Source: Firmicutes bacterium UBA7523
GTDB taxonomy: Bacteria; Bacillota; Dethiobacteria; Dethiobacterales; Dethiobacteraceae
Direction: 5' to 3'
Length of the DNA: 64,000 bases
NCBI GenBank assembly: GCA_002479415.1
Contig: DLMZ01000047.1
Span: 2,984 to 66,983 of the forward strand
Below are positions 36,726 to 45,001 of the stretch, piece after piece. A model generated the notes under the pieces. The model saw nothing but the letters and a program-made list of their open reading frames with translations, did not search any database and was not told where the DNA came from. The position numbers were made by a program, and so were the translations under genes. Numbering within the stretch: position 1 is the stretch's first letter; each line of letters begins with the position of its first letter.

Positions 36726-37652
36726 ATGGCAAACCCCCAACCGGACAAATACACAAGACTTTCTAACGAGCTGTATGAGTCAATAATGCAGACCGATTTC
36801 ACCAAACGACAACGGAGCATGCTGGATTTAATTATTAGAGCGAGTTACGGCTGCAATAATAAGTATGCCTTGCTTCGGCCCTCTGATTTTGAGGTAGTTG
36901 GGGTTTACAAAACACACGTTAAAAAAGAGCTTGAGTACCTTTGCCGTGCAAAGGTGATAACTTGGCATGGTGAGCGGATTTCGCTCAATAAGGACTACGA
37001 GCAGTGGCGAATTAACCTTTGCAAGCCATGCAACGGGAACAAGCTGCAGGAAATTCTTCGAAGAAACATCTCTAATGAAGTTACTGAAACAGTAACCAAA
37101 GTTACCAAAACAGTAACTGCCGAACAAATGGTCGGTTACCAAAACAGTAACCAAGAGGTTACTAAAACAGTAACCGACACCCCCCAAGAAAGCCTGCAAC
37201 CATCGGACTCCGCAGGGTGCCTAAAGACAATTAAAGACAATAGTAGTAGTAGTATAGTGGGCGAGGCAAGTCTTGAGGATGCCGTTGTGTTTTACCAAAA
37301 GCACTTTCCTATACTCAACCCATACCAGTATGAGCAGTTAGTAAAATTTGTGGATGATGGCATGGCGGCTGACGTCATTCTTTATGTGATGGAAAAGGCG
37401 GCTCTAAATGGGGCGTTAAAGTTTGCGTACATACAAAGCACATTAGGCACTCTTTTTGTTCAGGGAGTTCGAACGAAAGAACAGGCCCTAAGAGAAGAGG
37501 AGTTATTTAAACGACGAGGAGGCTTTAACAATGATGACACGAAGAGACCGCGAGCGTCGCCAAGGAGAGGTAGTGCAGCTCAAAAACGCACTGGTAGCCT
37601 CGAATGTATTATCATTAACGGCGCCGGGGATGAAGCTGCTGAGCCAGGATGA
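36726..37652 (+). CDS. Phage replication organizer/initiator (Rep_O N-terminal-like plus DnaD-like C-terminal domain)
   Basis: N-terminal ..YT...N.L.E.....D.T.RQ..ML.LI.R.SYGC.. and a C-terminal DnaD-like segment (..Y...F....P...E.L...V.DG...D.I....E.A). Contains iterons. Confidence 0.7.
   Translation: MANPQPDKYTRLSNELYESIMQTDFTKRQRSMLDLIIRASYGCNNKYALLRPSDFEVVGVYKTHVKKELEYLCRAKVITWHGERISLNKDYEQWRINLCKPCNGNKLQEILRRNISNEVTETVTKVTKTVTAEQMVGYQNSNQEVTKTVTDTPQESLQPSDSAGCLKTIKDNSSSSIVGEASLEDAVVFYQKHFPILNPYQYEQLVKFVDDGMAADVILYVMEKAALNGALKFAYIQSTLGTLFVQGVRTKEQALREEELFKRRGGFNNDDTKRPRASPRRGSAAQKRTGSLECIIINGAGDEAAEPG
37080..37174 (+). repeat. Four iterons (GTTAC-N7-GTAAC), probable phage origin of replication
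   Basis: GTTACTGAAACAGTAAC at 37080, GTTACCAAAACAGTAAC at 37101 and 37135, GTTACTAAAACAGTAAC at 37158. Confidence 0.75.
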
Positions 37653-38427
37653 ACATGTTGCGACGTATGATACAGGGGAACGGATTTCTTGTATCGGCTG
37701 CGGGGAAGAAATCCTGGTAACTCTAACAATCTTTGACTTATTGGGTGAAGAGAAAAGACGCGAGCACCGTGTAGACTTATGTGATGACTGCTATAAGCGG
37801 CAAGAAGAGGACAAGCAGATACAGCAGCGCTTGGAAAAGATTAATAAGCTCTTTAACGTGGCGGATCTGGGAGTTCGTTTTGCTCAGTGTACATTCTCAA
37901 ACTGGACTAAACGCAAGGAACTAAACATGGCCTATAAAATTTGCCATGAATACACGAAGGCTTTCAGGGACGCTAAATTGACCGGTCAAGGTATAGTTCT
38001 GATGGGTGACCGCGGAAGCGGTAAATCCCATCTGGCCGCAGCGATTGCAAATGAGCTGTTAAAGCAGCTAGTTCCCGTAATATTTCAGCCGGTGCCCAAG
38101 TTGTTAAAACGTATTCAGGCAACATACGGACGTGGCAGTGAGGAAAAGGAGAGGGATATAATTTCCGCACTCACAACCTGTGATTTGCTTATCTTGGATG
38201 ATGTCGGAGCAGAAAAATGGACTGAAACTCGTGAAGAGACTTTGTATAACATCATCGATGAACGGTACCGGCAGCTGCTACCCGTTATACTCACCACAAA
38301 CTGTGACATGGAAGACCTTGAAATGCAGATTGGCTCACGCAGTTATGATCGATTACTAGAAGTTTGCCGTTTTGTCCGCATGGAGGCAGAAAGCTGGAGA
38401 GTGTTAAAGGCCAAAGGAAAAGTTTGA
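37531..38427 (+). CDS. DnaC/IstB-like helicase-loader ATPase
   Basis: ATG follows GGAGG. N-terminal zinc ribbon, Walker A GDRGSGKSHLA, Walker B LLILDDVG. Confidence 0.85.
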   Translation: MMTRRDRERRQGEVVQLKNALVASNVLSLTAPGMKLLSQDEHVATYDTGERISCIGCGEEILVTLTIFDLLGEEKRREHRVDLCDDCYKRQEEDKQIQQRLEKINKLFNVADLGVRFAQCTFSNWTKRKELNMAYKICHEYTKAFRDAKLTGQGIVLMGDRGSGKSHLAAAIANELLKQLVPVIFQPVPKLLKRIQATYGRGSEEKERDIISALTTCDLLILDDVGAEKWTETREETLYNIIDERYRQLLPVILTTNCDMEDLEMQIGSRSYDRLLEVCRFVRMEAESWRVLKAKGKV

Positions 38428-38449
38428 TTCGTGGATTGGAGGAACGAGA

Positions 38450-38944
38450 ATGAATAGACATACAATCGCGTTATACTTTTTACTTCTAACGATTGTCTGC
38501 CTGCTGGTGTTCAACGTTTATACTCAGGCATATATTGCTGCGGCGTTAAGCCAGGAGCTCGAGGCGGCATTTAAGGAGCAGGCGGAGATCCGGCAGAAGC
38601 AAGATGAAATCTGGCAGAGGCAGGAACGGATCCTGCGCATCTTTGAGGGGGCAGAAACCTTTGAAGTAACGGCCTATACTCATGTGGCTATACCGGGAGT
38701 AGCGGATATCAACGGCACCGGAGATGGTTTGACGTCAATCGGTTTGCCGGTGAGTGAAAGATTTGTAGCAGTAGATCCTCGGGTTATTCCCCTGAGGAAG
38801 TGGCTTATAGTCGAGGGAGTGGGTTTGGTTTACTCCGCTGATACCGGTGGGGCGATAAAAGGAAACCGCATAGATATTTTTAAAGAGTGCCGAAAAGAAG
38901 CTTTTGAGTGGGGCAGGCGCAAGGCAAGAGTGGTGGTGCTATAG
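38450..38944 (+). CDS. Membrane-anchored 3D-domain protein (MltA/YuiC-like fold)
   Basis: TM helix, coiled coil, then ..VTAYT......G.G.T..G..V....VAVDP..IPL.....VEG.G...A.DTGGAIKGNRIDIF. Confidence 0.7.
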   Translation: MNRHTIALYFLLLTIVCLLVFNVYTQAYIAAALSQELEAAFKEQAEIRQKQDEIWQRQERILRIFEGAETFEVTAYTHVAIPGVADINGTGDGLTSIGLPVSERFVAVDPRVIPLRKWLIVEGVGLVYSADTGGAIKGNRIDIFKECRKEAFEWGRRKARVVVL

Positions 38945-38945
38945 C

Positions 38946-39113
38946 ATGGAGCGACAAAACATACCTAAGGCGCTTAGGCAAAAGCGGCCCAAGAAAGATG
39001 ATGAAAACATGGACACTTGGACCTGGTACAAGCCAGAGCAGTTCCTAGATAAATTCTATCCGGGGTGGCGCGAGAACGTCCACTTGTGGCCGTCCCGGTC
39101 GGGGAGGTTGTGA
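38946..39113 (+). CDS. Small hypothetical protein
   Basis: ATG lies 1 nt after the preceding stop. Confidence 0.4.
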   Translation: MERQNIPKALRQKRPKKDDENMDTWTWYKPEQFLDKFYPGWRENVHLWPSRSGRL

Positions 39114-39118
39114 TGTAA

Positions 39119-39916
39119 ATGGCGGCAAGGGAACAGCTGTATCGCGAAGCAAGTGCGCCAATGAGGCCCAGTGCTGGTAGAACTCACGAGGAGATTGAGG
39201 AAGAAATCAAAAGACGCTACGGGCATATGAGTGCGCCGGTGGTGACGCGGCAGCTGACGGATGAGGAGCGGTTGGAGCTGGATGCGAGGATTGAGGCTAA
39301 GTATGGGGCGCCGAAGCCTATACAGAGCCAAGTCATCAAAAAGGGAAGGATGGATAGAGCTATGACGGAGCAAACGGTCAATTATACTGCAAAAGCAGAG
39401 GAAAATGTGGGCGGCATGTCAACTAGGGAACTTATTGAGTTAAAAGGACTCAAGGGGAAAATCGCCGTCTCTCTCGTAGAGAGCGTTGACAAAGCAGCGT
39501 TTCTTCGGGCGGTAGGTGAGGGTAAGTCTAACGTCGAGGTTGGCAAAATATTTGGCATTAGTGCTACGTATGTGTCGGGGCTGCGTAAGTTGTGGGACTG
39601 TCAGGGCGAAAGGAAGAGGATTGGGAAGAAAAAAGCTTTGGTGCCGGGCGTTGGCACTGTTAAGCCCGCTGAACATGACAAGAAAGATGAGCTGGACGGC
39701 GATGAAGCCCGCTATACCCTGACCGAAAAAGGCGAGGAGATTATGGTTGAGGCGGAGGTCTCTAGCGATTATGCGTTTGAACTGAAAGCATTTGAACACC
39801 CAAGTGTGGCAGCGGAGTTAGTATACGGAGTATATTCGGCTCTTACTAAGTTTGTGTGCGTGAATATAGATTCTAGGGTGTCGGTTGAGGTTAAGGTGAG
39901 GCGGGTTTCTTCGTGA
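39119..39916 (+). CDS. Hypothetical protein with central HTH-like segment
   Basis: ..GKSNVEVGKIFGISATYVSGLRK.. resembles a sigma-70 region 4 or resolvase-type HTH. Confidence 0.45.
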   Translation: MAAREQLYREASAPMRPSAGRTHEEIEEEIKRRYGHMSAPVVTRQLTDEERLELDARIEAKYGAPKPIQSQVIKKGRMDRAMTEQTVNYTAKAEENVGGMSTRELIELKGLKGKIAVSLVESVDKAAFLRAVGEGKSNVEVGKIFGISATYVSGLRKLWDCQGERKRIGKKKALVPGVGTVKPAEHDKKDELDGDEARYTLTEKGEEIMVEAEVSSDYAFELKAFEHPSVAAELVYGVYSALTKFVCVNIDSRVSVEVKVRRVSS

Positions 39917-40176
39917 GGGAGAACGAGATTCGCGCCCAAGTTAGGGATTATCTTCGGCTAAAAGGTTGGTTTCTGTATTACAACCTAGCTGGCTTAGGGG
40001 CTTATCCGGGATTGAGCGATATAGTTGCAGTTAAGGGCGGGCGTATAATACACATTGAGCTTAAGACCAAGCGCGGCAAACAGAGTGACAACCAAGAAAA
40101 ATTTCAGACTGACTTAGAGGCGGCCGGCGGGGAGTATCGGGTGGTTAGGTGCATCGAGGACGTTGAAGATTTATAA
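39913..40176 (+). CDS. VRR-NUC domain nuclease
   Basis: G.SDI.A.K.G....IE.K...G..S..Q..F pattern. Confidence 0.75.
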   Translation: MRENEIRAQVRDYLRLKGWFLYYNLAGLGAYPGLSDIVAVKGGRIIHIELKTKRGKQSDNQEKFQTDLEAAGGEYRVVRCIEDVEDL

Positions 40177-40195
40177 ATTCACGGAGGTGCGAAAT

Positions 40196-40369
40196 ATGGA
40201 TTGGAATCAAGCGAATGAACATTTAGAAACATGCGAAAAAGCATATGCCGGCATCGGTTCATCAGGGTATTTTGCTTTGAGTGTTGTCATTAGACCATTA
40301 CGCGACAGGCTTAATGGCGGGGAAAGAACAGAAGAACTCTATCAAGAGATTATGGAAGTAGCTTTATAA
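40196..40369 (+). CDS. Small hypothetical protein
   Basis: ATG follows GGAGGTG. Confidence 0.4.
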   Translation: MDWNQANEHLETCEKAYAGIGSSGYFALSVVIRPLRDRLNGGERTEELYQEIMEVAL

Positions 40370-40386
40370 AGGGGGCCGTACTCCCT

Positions 40387-40674
40387 ATGAAAAGACAAAA
40401 CAAACGAAAAATATACCTAAAGCCGCACTTCAAGGAACGCTGGCTCCAGCATATCGGCTCTGAAAAAGAAGGCCGCATCAAGAGCACTCTGCACGCAGCC
40501 ATGGCGGAGAAGCCAGCGAAGAGAGTCAGGGAAAACTATTTTGCATTTGAAGTGAGGGGCGGGCATCGGGCAGTGTGTGCAATAGACCCTGACGGGACAT
40601 GGGTGTTTGTGACGCTGCTGGCGCGGTGGATGCATGAGCCGCGGAGGATGGCGGAGAAAGAGGAGGCTGGGTAG
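40387..40674 (+). CDS. Hypothetical protein
   Basis: ORF only. Confidence 0.4.
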   Translation: MKRQNKRKIYLKPHFKERWLQHIGSEKEGRIKSTLHAAMAEKPAKRVRENYFAFEVRGGHRAVCAIDPDGTWVFVTLLARWMHEPRRMAEKEEAG

Positions 40675-41097
40675 ATGATGAACCAAGAAGGTAAAAGGGA
40701 TGAAGGAAAGGCAAGACTATCACTCGTACCATCAGAAATAATCAGGTGTATTGCATCTGTGCGCGAGTTTGCTACAACAAGAAAATATTTAGACCCCGAT
40801 AATTGGCAAGGAGTAGAGATTGAAAAGTTTCGCGACGCAGCATACCGGCATTGGTTAGAGTATATTGATGACTCTAAGAGTGTAGATAGCGAGAGTGGTT
40901 TACCCCACTTGTGGCACTTAGCTTGTAATGTAGCGTTTCTGTGCGAAATAGAAAGGAGAAGCGCGGAAAGAGGAAAGTGTTGTGATGTTGCAAGAGAGGT
41001 AAACATCATATCTCCCGCAGACAGTTGCGTCATGTGCGGAGAGTATACGCCGGAAGGCAGTCATGTGTGCAAGGTGTGTCGAGATGCTGTTGGCTAG
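40675..41097 (+). CDS. DUF5664-like (dATP/dGTP pyrophosphohydrolase-like) protein with C-terminal zinc ribbon (tentative)
   Basis: N-terminal KDEGKARLSLVP.E........V..F...KY....W.......F.DAA.RH...Y....D.ESG.PHL.H.A.N..FL pattern. Confidence 0.5.
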   Translation: MMNQEGKRDEGKARLSLVPSEIIRCIASVREFATTRKYLDPDNWQGVEIEKFRDAAYRHWLEYIDDSKSVDSESGLPHLWHLACNVAFLCEIERRSAERGKCCDVAREVNIISPADSCVMCGEYTPEGSHVCKVCRDAVG

Positions 41098-41125
41098 GGT
41101 GCGCGGTTAAGGGGGAGCAGAAATA

Positions 41126-41407
41126 ATGGGCATGGGGGTGGCTTGCTTGTCAAAGACGGAGTGTATTAAGTTTGAGTGTATCTGGTGCGATGTCCCGCTG
41201 CTATTCAACGTGGAGCATGGATACTATAAGTGTCCAGACTGCGGAGGAGAGTGGTGGCCCGGTCCCTCAGATTACGGGGTCTCGACGTTGTGGCGTGATG
41301 AGCAACGATACAAGAAAAGTATAAGCAAGCAGGGTGGCGGTAGTAATAATGCCGGCAGAAAAAAAGACAAGCCTTTGCCCCAGCAAGACAAGTATAAACT
41401 TTATTAA
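41126..41407 (+). CDS. Zinc-ribbon protein
   Basis: C..C..14 aa..CPDC. Confidence 0.45.
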   Translation: MGMGVACLSKTECIKFECIWCDVPLLFNVEHGYYKCPDCGGEWWPGPSDYGVSTLWRDEQRYKKSISKQGGGSNNAGRKKDKPLPQQDKYKLY

Positions 41408-41573
41408 TAAGGGGCTTGCAAAAAGTTGACAAACATGTTAAGCTTACGTTAATAGCGTTATACCTTAGGGATGGAAATATTTTACATAAAAGATTAGTTT
41501 GTTTATGGTTATTAATAATATTAATGGTTAGTGATTTGATATTATTAATAATTGATAGTTAATATTTAATATA

Positions 41574-41598
41574 AGAGCCTACGGGCTCTTTTTCTTTT
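41574..41598 (+). terminator. Candidate rho-independent terminator before the late operon
   Basis: AGAGCC-TACG-GGCTCT followed by TTTTTCTTTT. Confidence 0.5.
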
Positions 41599-41674
41599 GC
41601 GGCAAAATTAAAAAGGAAGACAATTAACAAACAAAGAAATCAACGCAGCCTTGAGGGTAGGTGGTGAGAGTGTA

Positions 41675-42604
41675 GTGGCCAGGAAGCGCAGCCCGGAGCG
41701 AGACAAAGCGTACGAGATGTGGAAAGAGAGCGGAGGGGAAATGCCGCTTGTTGATATTGCCGCGAAGTTGGGCGTTAGTCCGGAACAGATACGGAAGTGG
41801 AAGCATCAGGATAAATGGTGTGCTGGGGGGCCGGAGAAAAAGGTAACGAGAAATGAAAAGGTAACGTTACCAAGGAAGGAAGAAAAGAAAAAGCAGAAAG
41901 GTAGCGTTACTAATAGGGTAGACGAGCAAATACTAAAAGAGATTGAAGAGGCAGAACTGACTGAAAAGCAGAAGTTGTTCTGCCTTTATTATATAAAAAA
42001 CTTTAATGCTACTCAGGCAGCAATCAGGGCTGGGTATAGCAAATGTAGCGCTCACGTAAGCGGGCCACGTCTATTAGGTAATGATAGAGTTAGAAATGAA
42101 ATCCGCCGCCTCAAGGGGGTAATGCACGAAGAGTTACTAATTGATGCAATGGATGTTCTTGCTAAGTATATCAAGATTGCCTTTTCCGACCCTTCCGAGT
42201 ACGTGACCTTTGGGCAAAAAGAGATTCAGGTTATGAATATGTTCGGACCTCTTTACGAAGAGGTAGGTGAAGGTGAACACAAAGTTAAGAAGCCGGTTAT
42301 GAAGACTGTCAACTACATTGACTTCAAAGAAAGCAGCGACGTTGACGGCTCCATCATAACCGAGGTTTCCCAGGGTAAGGACGGCGCAAAAATCAAATTC
42401 GCCGATAAGATGAAAGCCCTGGAAAAGCTAGAGCTCTACTTCGACCTTTTGCCTGACAAATGGAAGCGCCGCTTGGAGGAAGAGAAACTAGAGGTGCAGA
42501 AAAAGCGGCTGGACATAGATGACAAAGATAAGACTATGAAAGTTATGATAGTGGACAATATCCCTGAAGGCCCTGAGATTAACTCAGAGGGTGATGAGCA
42601 ATGA
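41675..42604 (+). CDS. Terminase small subunit (Terminase_2-like with N-terminal HTH)
   Basis: GTG follows GGTGGTGAGAG. LTEKQKLFCLYYIKNFNATQAAIRAGYS is the classic small-terminase motif. Confidence 0.8.
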   Translation: MARKRSPERDKAYEMWKESGGEMPLVDIAAKLGVSPEQIRKWKHQDKWCAGGPEKKVTRNEKVTLPRKEEKKKQKGSVTNRVDEQILKEIEEAELTEKQKLFCLYYIKNFNATQAAIRAGYSKCSAHVSGPRLLGNDRVRNEIRRLKGVMHEELLIDAMDVLAKYIKIAFSDPSEYVTFGQKEIQVMNMFGPLYEEVGEGEHKVKKPVMKTVNYIDFKESSDVDGSIITEVSQGKDGAKIKFADKMKALEKLELYFDLLPDKWKRRLEEEKLEVQKKRLDIDDKDKTMKVMIVDNIPEGPEINSEGDEQ

Positions 42605-44106
42605 TGCCGCAGACAAGCGAAAGCCTTCAAGTAAACTTAAACGATATAATTGCGCCCAGTTTTTACTCCCTTCACCATGATGTTAAACAAGAGCGCTTCA
42701 CTGAATTTTGGTTGCGCGGCGGCCGTGGTTCAACAAAATCATCATTTGCCAGCGCAGAGATCATCTTGGGCATGATGCGGGACGCAGACGCCGGGGAGCA
42801 TACTAACGCCGTAGCCTTGCGCAAGGTTAAGGACACGCTCCACGACTCCGTCTTTGAGCAGCTTTCTTGGGCTATAGAGAAGCTTGGCGTGTCTCATCAA
42901 TGGCATATCCCGCAATCAAAGCTAGAAATAACATATAAGCCAACAGGGCAGAAGATTTTGTTCCGCGGAGCAGATAACCCAAAAAAGATTAAGTCCACAA
43001 AGGTTAAGAAAGGTTATATTAAGTATATTTGGTTTGAGGAACTCGATGAGTTCTACGGCCCGGAAGAAATTAGGGTTATCAATCAATCCCTCATGCGTGG
43101 CGGCGAAAAGTTTCTCGTCTTGTACAGCTATAACCCGCCGAAGAGCTCCCGGTCTTGGGTTAACCATGAAGCCAAGATCCCAAAGCCAGGCCGGAAAGTG
43201 CATACATCAGATTACAGAGCTGTGCCAAAAGAATGGCTAGGCTCTATTTTTATTGCCGACGCAGAGCACTTAATGCGCACGAACGAAATGGCTTACCAGC
43301 ATGAGTACCTGGGCGAGGAGGTTGGCACAGGGCTTGAGATATTTACTAACGTAACATTAAGGAAAATTACCGATGAAGAAATTAGGGCTTTTGACCGCAT
43401 AAAGCAAGGGCTTGATTTCGGGTACGCTGTGGATCCGGTTTGTTTCGAGAAAATGCATTACGATAAGACCAGGAAACGGCTCTATATCTTCTATGAGTTT
43501 AGTGGGATAAAGACATCTAACCGTAAGCTTTATGTCGCTATTAAAGATCAACTGTCAACAATAACGACAGCTGACAGCGCCGAGCCTAAGAGCATTTCAG
43601 AGTTAAAGGGGTACGGCATGCAAATTAAGGGGGCCAAGAAAGGCCCTGATTCCGTTGACTATGGTATTAAATTCTTGAGTGAAGATATAGAGGAAATCAT
43701 CATCGACCCGGTAAGGTGTCCCAGGGCAGCGAAAGAGTTTATAAACTACGCTCTGGAAACTAACCAGCAGGGCGAGGTTATAAGTAGCTATCCGGACAAA
43801 GATAACCACTGTATAACTGGTGACACTATAGTGAACACCTTGAGTGGTGACTTTCCAATCTCACAACTGGTTGGAAGAGAAGGGCTTGTTCATTGTTACG
43901 ATGAGAAGAATAAAAAAGCTACTGCGTCACGATATCTTGATGTGCGTCTAACTAGGGAAAAAGCAAAGGTATACGAAATTGAATTAGAAGACGGGCGGAG
44001 AATAAAAGCGACAGAAGATCATCTTGTATTAACCCAGGACGGATGGAAGCAGGTTAAAAACATCGGCTGTACTGATAGCATCCTTGACATATCCAACCAC
44101 GCTTGA
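42601..44106 (+). CDS. Terminase large subunit N-fragment (ATPase and most of the nuclease domain) fused to intein N-splicing half
   Basis: Walker A GGRGSTKS, Walker B IWFEELDE, nuclease Asp motifs. At 43810 Cys1 starts Hint block A (CITGDTIV), followed by block B (ATEDHLVLT). Stop at 44104-44106. Confidence 0.85.
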   Translation: MMPQTSESLQVNLNDIIAPSFYSLHHDVKQERFTEFWLRGGRGSTKSSFASAEIILGMMRDADAGEHTNAVALRKVKDTLHDSVFEQLSWAIEKLGVSHQWHIPQSKLEITYKPTGQKILFRGADNPKKIKSTKVKKGYIKYIWFEELDEFYGPEEIRVINQSLMRGGEKFLVLYSYNPPKSSRSWVNHEAKIPKPGRKVHTSDYRAVPKEWLGSIFIADAEHLMRTNEMAYQHEYLGEEVGTGLEIFTNVTLRKITDEEIRAFDRIKQGLDFGYAVDPVCFEKMHYDKTRKRLYIFYEFSGIKTSNRKLYVAIKDQLSTITTADSAEPKSISELKGYGMQIKGAKKGPDSVDYGIKFLSEDIEEIIIDPVRCPRAAKEFINYALETNQQGEVISSYPDKDNHCITGDTIVNTLSGDFPISQLVGREGLVHCYDEKNKKATASRYLDVRLTREKAKVYEIELEDGRRIKATEDHLVLTQDGWKQVKNIGCTDSILDISNHA

Positions 44107-44140
44107 TACGATAAGGTATGGGTATGAAGGGGGCTCAAAT

Positions 44141-44803
44141 ATGGCCGAAAAAGTGCGTTACGAAGATGGGCAGAAATTTGCTTATTTCAACGGCATTAAG
44201 TTTACGCGGGATAATAAAACAGGATATTATTTAAATTCAACCATTCGAAAAAGGCTCCACCGCTATATCTGGGAGTTTTATAATGGAAAGGCCCCAAAAG
44301 GCCATCACGTGCATCATAAGGACCGAGATAAGAGTAATAACGATATCAGCAACTTAGGGCTTTTAAGACATGGTAAACATGTGACACTCCACGGCATTGA
44401 GAATTCCATGGACGATGAGTGGCTAGAACGGTCAAGGGAAAACCTTAAAGTAAACGCAAGGCCAAAAGCATCTGAGTGGCATAGGTCCGAAGAAGGCAAG
44501 GAATGGCATAAGCAACACTACGAATCATGTAAGGACAAATTCCACCGCAAAGTAAAAAGAAACTGCGATAACTGTGGAGCCGAGTTTGAAGCGTTGGATA
44601 ACGGGCTCAATAGATTCTGCAGCAATAAATGTAAGTCTGCATGGAGAAGAGCGACGGGACTTGATGATGAGGTGAAACAATGTGAATTTTGCGGAACAGT
44701 TTTTATTGCCAACAAATACAGTAAGCAGAAGTGCTGCTCAAAAGCCTGTTCTAATAGGCTCTCTCCCAGGCTCCCCATCCTTCGCAAAGGTAAAGTCAGT
44801 TAA
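44141..44803 (+). CDS. Free-standing HNH homing-type endonuclease between the intein halves
   Basis: ATG follows GAAGGGGG. HHKDRDKSNNDISNLGLLRHGKHVTLH, plus C-terminal CxxC zinc ribbons. In a different frame from both intein halves. Confidence 0.8.
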   Translation: MAEKVRYEDGQKFAYFNGIKFTRDNKTGYYLNSTIRKRLHRYIWEFYNGKAPKGHHVHHKDRDKSNNDISNLGLLRHGKHVTLHGIENSMDDEWLERSRENLKVNARPKASEWHRSEEGKEWHKQHYESCKDKFHRKVKRNCDNCGAEFEALDNGLNRFCSNKCKSAWRRATGLDDEVKQCEFCGTVFIANKYSKQKCCSKACSNRLSPRLPILRKGKVS

Positions 44804-44975
44804 GTTTGTTGGGGAACACGATGTTTACAATATGGAAGTCGCAGACCACCATAACTTTGCGGTTAATGGTGGTCTTATTATTCACAATTGTATAGATGCT
44901 GCAAGGTACGCCCTAGAAGATGAGATGAAAAATGCCAAGGCTAAAGCGCTGGGTGCTAAGCCGCGAGGATTTTAA
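44682..44975 (+). CDS. Intein C-splicing half plus terminase large subunit C-extein
   Basis: GTG follows GAGGTGA (8-nt spacing). Blocks F/G VYNMEV..HHNFAVNGGLIIHN, then Cys+1 at 44889 and IDAARYALEDE (the conserved TerL ..DA.RY.. nuclease motif). Confidence 0.7.
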   Translation: MNFAEQFLLPTNTVSRSAAQKPVLIGSLPGSPSFAKVKSVKFVGEHDVYNMEVADHHNFAVNGGLIIHNCIDAARYALEDEMKNAKAKALGAKPRGF

Positions 44976-45001
44976 GTTTTAAGTAAGGATGTGAGCAGAA
45001 C

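Noticed and set aside
40417-41033. Minus-strand ORFs (89, 68 and 165 aa) opposite the 40387-41097 genes
   Set aside because: No RBS and junk-like composition. The + strand genes are tightly packed with start/stop overlaps.
44104-44106. Reading the terminase interruption as a simple nonsense mutation
   Set aside because: The stop falls just after intein block B. The downstream HNH gene and the intein C-half each have their own RBS and start, and the conserved TerL C-terminal motif resumes exactly after HN/C. Decay of a contiguous intein by two frameshifts remains a stated alternative in the finding.
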